The notes under the pieces were generated by a model. The model searched no databases, was not told the DNA's origin, and saw only the letters and a list, made by a program, of their open reading frames with translations. 64,000 nt of DNA, taken from the NCBI GenBank assembly GCA_002269645.1, contig NIVC01000102.1:453950-517949 (forward strand), given 5' to 3'. Origin of the DNA: Macrostomum lignano. Lineage: Eukaryota. The translations under genes and the position numbers were made by a program. Positions 1-11,667 of the stretch are shown piece after piece. Position 1 is the stretch's first letter; the number at the start of each line of letters is the position of its first letter.

Positions 1-4
1 ATGC

Positions 5-3000
5 ATGTTGCCTGCAGTTGTGCGCCAAGATGTAAAGGACGAGTGCTGCATGCAGGCTGTGAAGTACCATGCATCTACTGGATGCATAAACGAGGCTAAG
101 TACTTCTTCTTTAAACTTTCCTCACAGTCCCTAAGGAATAAGTGCAGTGAGGAGGTTTTAAACGACATCAGTACGTCAGAACACAAAAAACTCATTGCGC
201 AAAACAGCTATTGGACGTTCGTGGATTTCCTTGTTCAAGCGATTTCGGACCAAGATTTAAAAAATCGCTGCTGCTCTGATCTGATTCGAGCTTCGAGCAA
301 AATCCACTGGCCAGCCTGGTCCTTTCTGATAAACTTAATTTTAGACCAGACAGTGAAAGATGACTGCTGCAGAGTTTTGGCTCAATCTGCATCTCAACAA
401 GGTCAAATTGATATTGCAAAGAATTTTATAAAGAGAGTCGCTGCTCAAAGCATAAAAGACAAGTGCTGCTTGGAGATTGTCACATCTGCGACGCCAAGTA
501 CTCGTAACTGGCAATTTTTGACATTTTTGCTTGCTTCAGTAGTTGATATCGACGCTCAGAATGAATTCTGCATTGCGGCAGGAGCTGCAATTATGGAGCA
601 GTATGGATGGAGCAAAGTGAAAGTCTTTTTACGGAGAATCATCGGTCAGGGTTTGAGAGATCTGTGCTTTGCGGCAATGTCGTATAACGTAAAATTTTTT
701 TCGGATGTTTTGCAAAGCAATCCGCGAATGTCAACTGAAGCGATAAACTTTGCAATGAATATCGTCAACAAGAGCATGAGAAGTAAGTTTTTGCTGGATC
801 TTGCGAGCCACTTTACTAAACCTAAAATGTGGGATGAAGTGAATAAGGTACTGAATATAATCATAGACCAAAAATTAGATAATCAGAACTGCAGGAAGTC
901 CGCAAACACTGCTGTGAGTGCCCGCGAGTTGGATATAGTGAAACAGTTTCTGCAAACAAAGACTGAGTTAGGTAATAAAATCTCTGCTGGCGAGGCGATA
1001 GTTCAAACGGCAGCCGAGGATAATCATTTTGATACAATAAATCTACTTCTACAGGCAATTCCTGATCCATTTGACAAAGACCAGTGCTGCCTGCAAGCCA
1101 TTTTAAGATGTTTTGTTCCACTGAAAGTCGCATGCGTAAATGACGACTTCCTTTGTATTATATTTGATTCCGCCTCAAGTTCTCAAGCGCAGGACCAGTT
1201 TAGAATGCTGGTGGCAGTTATATCTGCACAATCAGGTGACCTGGAAAGTTTAAAATCCTATTTAAGCTCGATTGCGGATGCTGCAATGCGCAGAAACTGT
1301 TGCAGAGATGCAGCTGTTGCAGCAGCACGCTGTGGGGAATCTGAAGTACTACAATTTCTCCTGTCAACAGTCGCTGACCCGAACGACAAGGACGAGATCT
1401 GCTTCCTTGCTGCGAAATCATCAGCCAGTCACAGTCGATTGAAATGTTTCCAGTTGCTTGTTCAGACTGTTGCGGACCAGAAGCAGCGAAGCCAATGCTG
1501 TATGAGGTCAGAAGTCTTCGCCAATGATGAGAACAAGTTGAGCTCCGTCAAACGCTTGGTGCAGGCTGCTGGTGCGAACGGCTTCAAGGATCAGTTCTGC
1601 ATGGAAGTCGCAAGTGCGATCAATTATTTCTCAGGACCAGAACCACCTAAAGAACTTCAATACCTCATTGATGCGGTGTCCAGCCATCAGGTTCGCGATT
1701 TTTATTGCATCGAGGCGGCAAAACGAGCGGCAAGTGGTCGCAACTGGAAGTTAGTGAAGTGTCTCTTGCAGACTATTGCAGATTCAGCTATTGCTAAAGA
1801 TTTTTGCCTTCAGGTTGGGGAGACTGCTGCAAAGGATGGCCACGTGGAAATTTTGAAAGAAATTCTTGACAGAGAGACGTCTGCAAACAAAAAACTGCTT
1901 TCTAGACGCAAGTGCGCAATGGCGGCTTGCTCTCGTCTTCACGAGCATATCGTTGCCTACCTAGGCCTCGAGCCCGACTGGCTCTTCCAATACAGCACCA
2001 TCCTCAGCTTCACTGCAGCAATGGCCATCGAAGGCAGGAACTCTGTTCTCAACGACACCCTCTCTCGAATGCAGCCAGCTCGCATCACACAGCTGCTCCG
2101 TCTCTCCATCTCTCAAAGACACGTCGCTCTTGCTGTCACACTGATCAATGATGAGCGAGTCAGCACAGAGCATGTCGATCTGCCAGACAGCACTGGAGCC
2201 ACTGCTCTCATGCTGGCAGCTGATGCAGGTCATCACGAGCTCATTGAGAAACTCATCGATCTCGGTGCGTCAGTGCGTGCTGAAGACAGTCAGGGTCGGA
2301 CTGCTCTGTCACGAGCGTGCGAAGCCGGTCACGTGCGAGCAGCCAAGGCTCTGATGGACAGAGGAGCGGATGCGAGTCATCGAGACGGTCGGAGTCTGAC
2401 GTGTGGTCAGTTGGCTGAGCAGTTCGGTCACTCACAGCAGCTCATGCAATTGATATCTGGGTGAGTAGTTCGATAAAATACACTCAGAAGGCGACATTCA
2501 CTTGAAAGGAAATTTTCTTTCTAACTTCAGACAGAGCGAGAAGCCAAAATGCCAGAAGTTTTTTAATCTTATGATGTGAGTTTTCGCTGACTGCTACCTT
2601 TCTTTATACGTGTATTTCTTGATTGGCCAACAAATTTCTAGTTCTATGGGCGTACATAGAAGACAGTTTTACAGTATTATAGTTTTTTTCAAAATTTTAA
2701 GTTTTGTACTTGGTGCACGAGTATTTATAAGCAAGGAAATATTTTTACGCAGTTGCAGGATCCATAGTGCAGTGGTTTACAGGCATTGTAGCTTGAGAAT
2801 GCATGAAAACATGGGTAATTATTGCATATTCTTGGAGAACGCATCGCTTTATCTCATCATGAGTTCTTGACTCGTCCATGGTACAAAGACGAGCGGCTTT
2901 GCCGCCAACAAGTTAATGGGTCGAACACAGATAGAACACTTAGACTGAAGTTTTAGTGTATTAAAATGAATCTCTAAAAGTGTGTGTCATCTTTCAAAGT

Positions 3001-4953
3001 TCCACATTGGCTTTCTATTGAATCGCAGCAGAGCAAACCACCCCTTAAATTTGCTTGAAAATCCTTATAGAGCCATAGATGATGAAGAGCACGACTGGCA
3101 ACTCAGTAAGGAGTTGCACGCACTGCTCAAAGCAGCGGGCTTCACTCAAGAGAGAGCTCAGTGCCAGCAGAGTTTGGCCTCAGTTCTGGAATCCACAGCT
3201 CAAGTCCTCGCACAGGACAATGGTCGCATGCACATGACGGGCAGCTACGCAGAGGGCTGGGCCAACAGTCTGGAGCAGGTGAACGGCAGGACAGCTGCAG
3301 ACTCGGACATTGACTGGACTGTGCTGCCTGATGGGCAAGCGCTGCATCTGGAAGGATTCTGCATGCGGCAGTCAGATGGATGCAAAACCGCTCCAGTGCT
3401 TCCGGTTTCAGAGGGTCACGCAGTTGTTGCCACCGGATCTGGTCAGTTTTTATACGTTTTGTAAAGTCAGTTTCTTATTTTTGAAATAAGAAACCACTCG
3501 ACGCTTTCATTGGGTGTTCACCACAGGTAGCCAGCCAGCTAAGAGCAGCCCGGCCTGCGGAGTGCGGCCTGCGCAGGACCTCTGCCACGCGATCCGGTGC
3601 TGCAATGGATCGACAAATGCGAGGTTTGGATCGGGCTTCCCGTTGAATATGGGAAATGAAGCGCCACTTCATCTCGTAAGAGCCACCCGACCCAATTCAG
3701 CCAACGAGCTCAGAGTGAGCTTCAGCTTACAAGAGAAAGACACCATGAGACAGCTAAGCACAGTCCAGGGCCAGCTGTTCACACTCATCAAGTTCATCTT
3801 CAAGAGACACTTGCCGCTCACTCTGGACACACCTGGACTCAAGACCTACCATGCAAAGACTCTGCTCTTCGCAATGCTGGAAAAGCATGGCGCAAATTCT
3901 GAAACTGAGGCTTGGCAGCCCCACAATCTGATCGCTCTGCTCAAGAAGTCTCTCGACATGATGCTGAGCTTCATCGACTCGAGCAGCTCTCCCGATGAGT
4001 GCATGCCGCACTTCTTCATGCCCGACGCTCCGCTCTACTTCAAGAACGCTGGAATCGGCGGCGACTTCGACAACACGAAGGCGAGGGTTCGAGACCGACT
4101 ATGTGAGCTGAGAAGCGACATCAGCGGAGTGGTCGAGCAGCTGAGGAGACTCGTGAGACCTCTGCAGTCAGAGAAGTTCTACTTTCACCCGTTCACTCTG
4201 CTACCTCTGACAGCGCCGCCTGCTGTCACGGGGATCAAAAAACAGCCTGAATACTTACACTTCGTAAAGTTCGCAGACGTGTACAGTGTGGTGCACCAGT
4301 GTGTGAGCGAGCTGCAGTCGGAATCGAGCGACAGAGGCACACTGATGAGGCAGCTCAGTCTCTTGCATGAGCTGAAGTGGTGCAAGTGCGCCGCCCTGTG
4401 CATGACCGCCATGGCGCATTTGAAGTTCGGAGAATCTGAGGAGGCTGAGAGACTTGCGATGGAGCTGCAGAGACATCAGGTTGAGTCAGGGTTGAAGCCA
4501 GAGAATATTGAAGTGTCCCCATATAGCCCAGCTAAATTGCCAGAAGACTCAGACTGGGCGTGGAGGTTCTGCCTCCCCTGCGACTCTCCGCCTCGCTTCC
4601 CATTCCTTCCCGAGTTCACGCAGACTCTGTTCACAGCCAGACTGTCGCAGCCTCTCTCCTCCCACCTGTACGTGAACTTCCGCTGCCTGAGCTGGAGTCT
4701 CCAAGCTGAGCTGCTCCGCAATCGCGCACCTGTAATTCAACTGGAGGATTGGAAACGAGAGCTGGAAGAAGACCCGGATTTGGAGGAGCTGCTCACTCTG
4801 GCTCACTACAGCGACTGCCGCGAGCACGTGGAGCTCAGCCTGCAGCAGATGGAGATGATCGAGAAAGAGGGACGCGTCACCATGGAGACGCAGGACGAGG
4901 AGAAGATCGGCTGGGTCAAGGAGAAGTTGAAGAGACTTGATGCACTGCAGTAG
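5..4953 (+). CDS. Ankyrin-repeat / Mab-21 (cGAS-like receptor, cGLR) nucleotidyltransferase; 3 exons: 5..2460, 3029(or 3032)..3441, 3527..4953, about 1431 aa, possibly open at the 5' end
   Basis: Donor GG|gtgagt at 2461 removes the apparent stop. Acceptor cgcag| at 3028 (NAGNAG) and intron 3442..3526 (gtcagt..cacag) both keep frame. Canonical ANK repeats (GATALMLAADAGH, GRTALSRACEAGH). NTase motif TGSYAEGW..DSDIDW, third acidic residue in QDLCHAI, Mab-21 motifs TLIKFIFK, KTYHAKT, MPHFFMP. Confidence 0.88.
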
Positions 4954-6960
4954 TTCTGCCGGCTTTGGAGACGCAGATAGGTGCTCAGAAAAAAAGCTGA
5001 GTGACGCAGATTTCGCGCCGTTTGGGGTTAAACACTTTAGGAAGAAATTAGATAAATAAAATAGTAAACTCCTAGCTGTTTTCTCTACTTATTATAGTTC
5101 ATCAAGCACTGGTGTTGTTTGTAGCAAGGACCACTAGAAGTCGTTGGTTTGTAGATTAAGTGATGGTATCTCTCCTGCTTTCTGAGGTTTAAGGACAGCT
5201 GAAGTGTTCGTATTATACATGTATAACCCGTAAATCGTTCACACAAAGGAAATTACGAGTGGTGTTTCAAAAGTAACGAGAATTTTGTTATAATTTTTGA
5301 TTGGATGAACGAGTATGAACCGGAAATTTTCGCCCAACAATTTTACATATTTGAACAACTAAAAGCTTTATTTTAAGCCTTATATAGCTATACACGCAAC
5401 TGTGTAATCGTAAATTAAGTCCATGCCTCGAGATTGAAAATTGCGATTTTTGTGTATAGACTCGAAAAAGTTTAAACTTTGAAGGCTTTTAAACTTCTGC
5501 TGCTAAATTTGGCTACTTCTCATAAAGGCCCACCGTTTCTGCTTTTTATGGTAAAATTTGCCTGGGAATAATCTTGCAGTTTTGAGCTGCATAGCTGCAC
5601 TGCTGGTTAAAGTTGCAATTTCTGACTGATGTTGCCACAGAATAGTAGCTAAATTCTGTGAAAGTGGCTCAATTTTTTCCGACTGAGACTATGGAAGGTC
5701 CGAAAATGTCGTCGAGTTTTTTGGGAGGAGGGAATCAACAAACTGATGCATCGCTGCGAGAAGTGTATCCGAGATGAATGGCAGCTTTGTAGAGCTCACT
5801 GAAATCACTGAAGAAGTGGACAATGGTGCGGATTTTTGACTTGAAGAACACGTTTAAACTTGGCTAATATTCTCAAGTAGCTATAGTCCAATGAGTGAGC
5901 TTAATGTGTGATATTTTTTATTTAGCCTTCGACGCTGTGCAGTTTTGAGTTGGTGAAAAAGACATGTTTCTGTGACATTCAGCTTTTTAGCTAAAAGAAC
6001 TTATTTCTAGTATATTGGAAAATTAATCACAGCAAGGACCTCTGTAATATATTACACAATAGATGTATTGATACAGGCATAGATAGATACATTACCATAT
6101 AGATTACCATGGATAAATTTCCATAGGTATTTTGCATAACAATGTATGCTAAAATAATATACTGTATTGCAGAGGTCTCTGGTTATTGTCAAAGATTTTT
6201 TGTTAATCAGGAATTCCAATAAAAGATTTATTAACTATCTAGCTTGCTTATAATTACCAATTCCAACTTTCAAATTACTCTAAGCGCGTGTAACTATATT
6301 CCGAAAATTCTTGTTTATTTGCGGCTTTAAATAAATAATCAATCAATCAATTTTCAGTATATCGAGCTTTAACGTGACTTTTCCAATTTCTGACAAACTT
6401 TCAAGTATAAAACGACAAAATATCTTAATATCGATCTTATTCTCTCAGCGCTTAAGCCGCAAGTATAAAATATAGTTGCTAACTACTAAACTTATTCGGG
6501 TTTGATTTATACGACGTGTTTAGCTAGTCCTTTGCCATCATTTTCAGCTTACCTACCCTTAAGATAGGACTGTCGACCAAGGACCAGTGTGTATATACAC
6601 TTGTAGACCCTGTAGATCCCTACAGTTGTTTGCCAGATTCCATTGTCCCGGTTGCCTCTCAACCTTTATATGCCAGCTTATATCAATATTTACTCTGATC
6701 TCGCCTTGCTACTATTGCATAGACACTACAATATTGTCTGTGCTTTTGGGTGTAGCTTTAATGTAACTGATAGAAAAGTACGCGTTACCTAATTGTGACG
6801 AATCTGATCGAGTTCGAGTGCTGATCGACAGGCTTTCTACATTACTATGTATCGAAATCAATCAGAACACACAAAGTCAGTTCTGAACTGGAATTTACGA
6901 GACACTGGAGACAAAGAGCGCAGAGCACTCTACAAAGCTAAGTCACTCTTATTATAGCTT

Positions 6961-7176
6961 TGTAGTGAGTTGCAAGTGTACTTGTATGCGCCAGTCGCTA
7001 GAGCGGGGTGGGGGTTGTTATTGTACAGCATGTACGTGCTTTTCACCCACCCCTGTCTCTATCTTTTATACCCAGTTATGTAACAATCGTTGTATCGTAT
7101 TTAACCTGCGTATCGATCTAATAAACGCCAAGAGGCTTCGTCAACTCTCAGTCGTATCTCTCTGCCTTAGTCTACA
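6961..7176 (+). repeat. 5' LTR (216 bp)
   Basis: TGTAGTG..CTACA, contains AATAAA; differs from the 3' LTR at 2 positions (both C/T). Confidence 0.96.
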
Positions 7177-7178
7177 AC

Positions 7179-7189
7179 TGGTAGCAGAG
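7179..7189 (+). promoter_or_regulatory. Primer-binding site for initiator tRNA-Met
   Basis: TGGTAGCAGAG, 2 nt after the LTR, is complementary to the 3' end of eukaryotic tRNA-iMet (..CUCUGCUACCA). Confidence 0.9.
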
Positions 7190-7203
7190 CAAATTATTCT
7201 AGA

Positions 7204-8013
7204 ATGGCTGAGAAAGGTTTGACCGCCAGTGCAGCGCTGCCCAGAGTTTTCAGTACCGGCAACTTTAAGGAATGGCTGCAGCGTTTCAATGTATGCGCAA
7301 AAGTCAACAAGTGGGACACGTGCAAAGCGGAGCGACTGGCCACATTTTTGGATGGCGAGGCTCTCGTCGTTTATTTGAAACTGTCGGCAGGAGATCAGGC
7401 AGACTACGACAAAGTAGTCCAGGCATTGGATGATGCATTCCACCCGAACCGCGAGCACTTCGCCGTCATGGAGGCGTTCAAATCAAGGAAGATTTTGTCG
7501 AATGAGACTCCACGCATGTATCTTTACGAGTTAAAGAAGATGCTCAAAAGCTCCTCCGTGGACAACAAAGATGCTCAAGAGGCTCTGCTGTTCCATCAGT
7601 TCGTCTGTGGCCTTCCCGAATCTGTGAGCTGGCAGATTCGCGCGGACTCCAGCTTTAAGACCTCAGAGCAAGCGCTTCAAAAGGCCCAGCTACTGATGCA
7701 GCACAGCTCGCCAAGCATCCCAGCAGCAGCGGTGCAACCTCAGTCGAGCCAATCCAGCGAAGTTCAGGAGCTGCGGGACACTGTGCAGAGTCTGCAGGCA
7801 TCGGTGAGCACCCTGAGTTCCCAGCTGCAGCAGCTGGCAGCCTGTGGAGTGAGGACGAATAGCAAAACGAGACCGCAGCACCGTTCGAAGTCTGACATCA
7901 TCTGCTACAACTGCCACAAGGCCGGCCACATTGCCAGAGATTGCTACAGCAGGCGACAGCCGGGAAACGCCAGAGGCTGGGGTGTGCGGGCCCGCAACCC
8001 CGGCCAGCAGTAA
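7204..8013 (+). CDS. gag: Gag polyprotein
   Basis: 269 aa with CCHC zinc knuckle CYNCHKAGHIARDC. Confidence 0.92.
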   Translation: MAEKGLTASAALPRVFSTGNFKEWLQRFNVCAKVNKWDTCKAERLATFLDGEALVVYLKLSAGDQADYDKVVQALDDAFHPNREHFAVMEAFKSRKILSNETPRMYLYELKKMLKSSSVDNKDAQEALLFHQFVCGLPESVSWQIRADSSFKTSEQALQKAQLLMQHSSPSIPAAAVQPQSSQSSEVQELRDTVQSLQASVSTLSSQLQQLAACGVRTNSKTRPQHRSKSDIICYNCHKAGHIARDCYSRRQPGNARGWGVRARNPGQQ

Positions 8014-11000
8014 CTGCGGGCCCAGCAGCAGCGGCTTCAAGGCCGGCGCTCACTGTCGGCGGGATCTTCGACGGATGCAGCGTCGCGCCCGACCGACTAT
8101 CGCAGTGTGAGTGCAAGCTTGATGGCAGAAGTGTGAAGGCACTGTTAGACACCGGAAGCCAGTGCTCACTAGTTGAGTCCAGCATCCTGACAAAATCCCA
8201 GCTCAGACAGGCAACTGCAGCCAGAGTGCAACTTCATTCAGTGAACAAGCAGCCAATTAGCATAGAACGGCAAATCGAATTGCCACTTACAGTCGGTGGA
8301 GTGACAGCCCGGCAATTGTTTTTCGTTGTGTCAGGTTTGGTCTGCCCTGTCATTGTTGGAGTCGACTTCATCGGCAAGCATAATTTGCAACTGGACTTCA
8401 CAGGATCTTCACAAGAAGCCGGCCAAGTCTGCAGCACCAGATTCCAGGCTGACACCGACGATCCAGTTGAAATCGAAGACGCACTCGTCCCCGAGTTCAG
8501 CTGTGAAGAGTTCGAGTTGCCGACTACCGACGACCCTGATGTACAACGGCTGCTGGTGGAGTTCAAAGACTTGTTCAAGAAAAAGTCGGGACTAACTCAT
8601 CTGCAACAGCACCGAATTGTTCTCTCGGATGAAGTACCTGTCCGAGTGCCACCGCGCCGAATGCCTGTGCATTACCGGGAGAAGGTAGAGCAGCTGATTC
8701 AGGAACTGCTGGAGAACGACGTGATAGAGCTGAGCGAAAGTCCGTACGTGGCCCCACCGGTGTACGTGACAAAGAAGGATGGCAGTCTCCGCCTGACCAT
8801 AAACTATCGAGAGATCAACAAGAAGACTATTCGCTCTGCACAGGGAATTCCGTTGATGGAGGAGGCAAGAGATCGAATCGCAGGCAGTTCAGTGTTCTCT
8901 GTGTTGGATCTCAATGGCGGCTATTTTCAAATTCCGATGGCAGAAGAAGACAAGCTAAAAACTGCTTTCTGTCCGGGACCAGGGATGCCGCTGTACCAAT
9001 TTAAGAGAATGCCCCAAGGTCTGTCGGGGGCCCAAGCACATTCTGCATGCTAATGTCAAAAGTTTTCAACGGCTGCGATTTCATCTTCACGTTCTTCGAT
9101 GACAGCCTGTGCTTCTCAAAGACCAAGTCGGATCATCTGCGGCAACTTCGAGAGACCTTCGAGCGACTTCGAGCAGCCGGACTGACATTAAGAGGCTCCA
9201 AGTGCAAGATCGCGGTACCCGAAGTGACCTTTCTCGGCACACGGTATTCAAAGGATGGTGCCCAGCCCAGCCAGGAGAAGCTGGAGGCAATTCAGCAGTG
9301 GAGAGAGCCGAGGTCAGCCAAGGAGGTGCGTCAGTTCATCGGCCTGTGCAACCAATACCGACGCCATGTAGCCAACTTCGCTGCCATCGCCGCACCGCTG
9401 CACCATCTGACTGGCAAGGGCGTTCCATTTGACTGGACTTCGGAATGCCAGACGGCCTTCGACGAGCTCAAAAGGTGCCTAATTAGTCCTCCGATCCTGG
9501 TGAACCCGGATTTCACTAAGGAGTTCTCAGTCTTCACGGATGCCAGTGGCAGCGGAGTCGGTGCAATTCTCAAGCAAGGCGAGGCGGTGATCGAGTTCTC
9601 AAGCCGCGCATTCAATTCAGCTGAGAAGAAATACTCTGCAACAGAAAAGGAGTGCCTGGCCATCCTGCACGCATTCAAAGTTTTTCGCCACTATCTTCTC
9701 GGCAAGCATTTCACGGTGCACACGGATCACTGCCCGCTCACCTACATCGATTCACAGAGAGTTGACAGCTACGGCAGGCTAGGACGATGGCGTCTGCTGC
9801 TTCAAGAGTTCGACTTCACCGTCAAGTACCGAAGAGGCGTTGAGAACTCAGATGCTGACGCGCTGTCCAGACTGCACGGCCAAGAAGTCGCAGCTACGCA
9901 GCTGACTCCGGAAATCGACACTGAAGAGCTCAAAACTGCGCAGCGACATGACCCGGAGCTCAGCCAGGTGATTCAGGCGATGGACAAGGACGCAGAAATT
10001 GCACCCAGATGGCGAGCAGGACCACTGCAGCAACTCGGCAGAATCTGGAAGAAGCTGAAGCTGGATGATGACGGTGTTCTACTGCGCAAGTTCAATGACC
10101 CGGACGGCCTGCAGGAGGTTCCAGTGGTGCCAGCGCGGCTTCGACAACAGTTTTTGAACAACGCTCACGAAGGTCTGGGAGGTCATTTCGGAGCCGAGAA
10201 ATGCTACCGCACACTGAAACTGACCGCCTACTGGCCCGGCATGGCTGAAGACATCGTGCAACACTGCCAGAGTTGTTCTGTCTGTCAGGAGAAGAAAGCG
10301 GGCTCGCGGACCAGCGCGCCACTCGGAGAACTGCCAATCGGCTCGCCGTGGGATTCTGTGGCTATCGACATCGTCAAGGTGGCGCCATCATCGCGCGGCA
10401 ACAAATACCTGCTGGTGGCTCAGGATCAGTTTTCCAAGTACCTGACGGCCGTGGCGATTCCTGACCAGACTGCTGAGACTACTGCTCGCGCCTTCCTCTC
10501 CATCTGCTCCCAGACTGGACTTCCCCGAGTCATCCACTCCGATCAAGGACCGAATTTCGAGTCTCAGCTTTTTCAAGACACTCTGCGAGGCCTGGGAGTC
10601 ACGAAGACAAGAACAACGGCTTACAATCCCAAAGGCAACGGATTAGCGGAGTCGGGCAACAAGTCAGTGCTGCAGTTACTCAGGTGTTTCACCGAGCGAG
10701 AGAGCGAGTGGGAGGACAAGCTGCCACTGATCCTGCTGTCCTACAATTCCCGGGTGCACTGCTCAACACAGCTGCCGCCACTGAAGGTGTTCACCGGGCG
10801 CGATCCGAGCCTGCCGGTCATCAGCCAGCAGTCCAGGCGATTCTATGACGTGCGCACCTACGCCGACAAGCTCGAGGGCGACCTGCTGCGAATTCGAGAG
10901 TTTGTCGAGGAGCATCTGGTGCAGGCGGCTGGCGAGCAAAAGAGCGGCTACGACAGGTCGACCGGGCAGCTGCGCATGTTCAGTCCTGGAGACGAGGTCC

Positions 11001-11296
11001 TGCTGCGCATCGAGCTGAGGGGCTCCAAGCTGGCGCCTTACTGGGAGCCGGGCTGGCAGGTGCTGTCGCAGCGGAATCTGGTAGTCGAAATCCAAAAGAT
11101 CGAGAACGGCCGGACCCGCAGGGTGAATGTGAATCGTCTGCGGCCGCGGATCCTGCCAGTCCCTGACGGAGAGCGCTTCCTGCAGCCGCCCTTTGCGCAC
11201 GCGGCGCACGGCGGCGATGAGGCGGACGAGGAGCCGCCCCCGAGACGCTACCCGGTGCGTAGGCGGATGCCGGTGGATCGCTATGTGGCCGGTTGA
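7941..11296 (+). CDS. pol: Pol (protease, RT, RNase H, integrase), broken by a 1-bp frameshift near 9031
   Basis: LLDTGS protease; RT with FFDD; RNase H TDASG/EKECLAI/TDHCPL; integrase HHCC plus D-D-E (AID, SDQG, GLAE). One extra C at 9031-9033 restores GAPSTFCMLMSK. Confidence 0.93.
7962..8005 (+). promoter_or_regulatory. Programmed -1 ribosomal frameshift signal (gag-pol)
   Basis: G GGA AAC heptamer in the gag frame, 6-nt spacer, then hairpin GGCTGGGGT(7975-83)/ACCCCGGCC(7997-8005) extended by TGCG/CGCA; pol lies in the -1 frame. Confidence 0.85.
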
Positions 11297-11451
11297 ATTT
11301 TTGATTGACTCAGTGACTGCTCGACTGACTGTTGCGAATTATTTGAAAGCGAGAAATTCTTTATAACAATATTGTTCGAATGTTTTACTGTTCTTATGTT
11401 TCCTTCGAATTATTCGTTCGAATGTTATTGATCTTTTTCGCCGGATAGGAT

Positions 11452-11667
11452 TGTAGTGAGTTGCAAGTGTACTTGTATGCGCCAGTCGCTAGAGCGGGGT
11501 GGGGGTTGCTATTGTACAGCATGTACGTGCTTTTCACCCACCCCTGTCTCTATCTTTTATACCCAGTTATGTAACAATCGTTGTATCGTATTTAACCTGC
11601 GTATCGATCTAATAAACGCCAAGAGGCTTCGTCAACTCTCAGTTGTATCTCTCTGCCTTAGTCTACA
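11452..11667 (+). repeat. 3' LTR (216 bp)
   Basis: Direct repeat of 6961..7176, preceded by a short purine tract GGATAGGA. Confidence 0.96.

Larger units (their letters stand above)
6961..11667 (+). mobile_element. Full-length Ty3/Gypsy LTR retrotransposon
   Basis: Two 216-bp TG..CA LTRs; 4-bp TSD GCTT (6957-6960 and 11668-11671); domain order gag-PR-RT-RH-IN. Confidence 0.97.
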
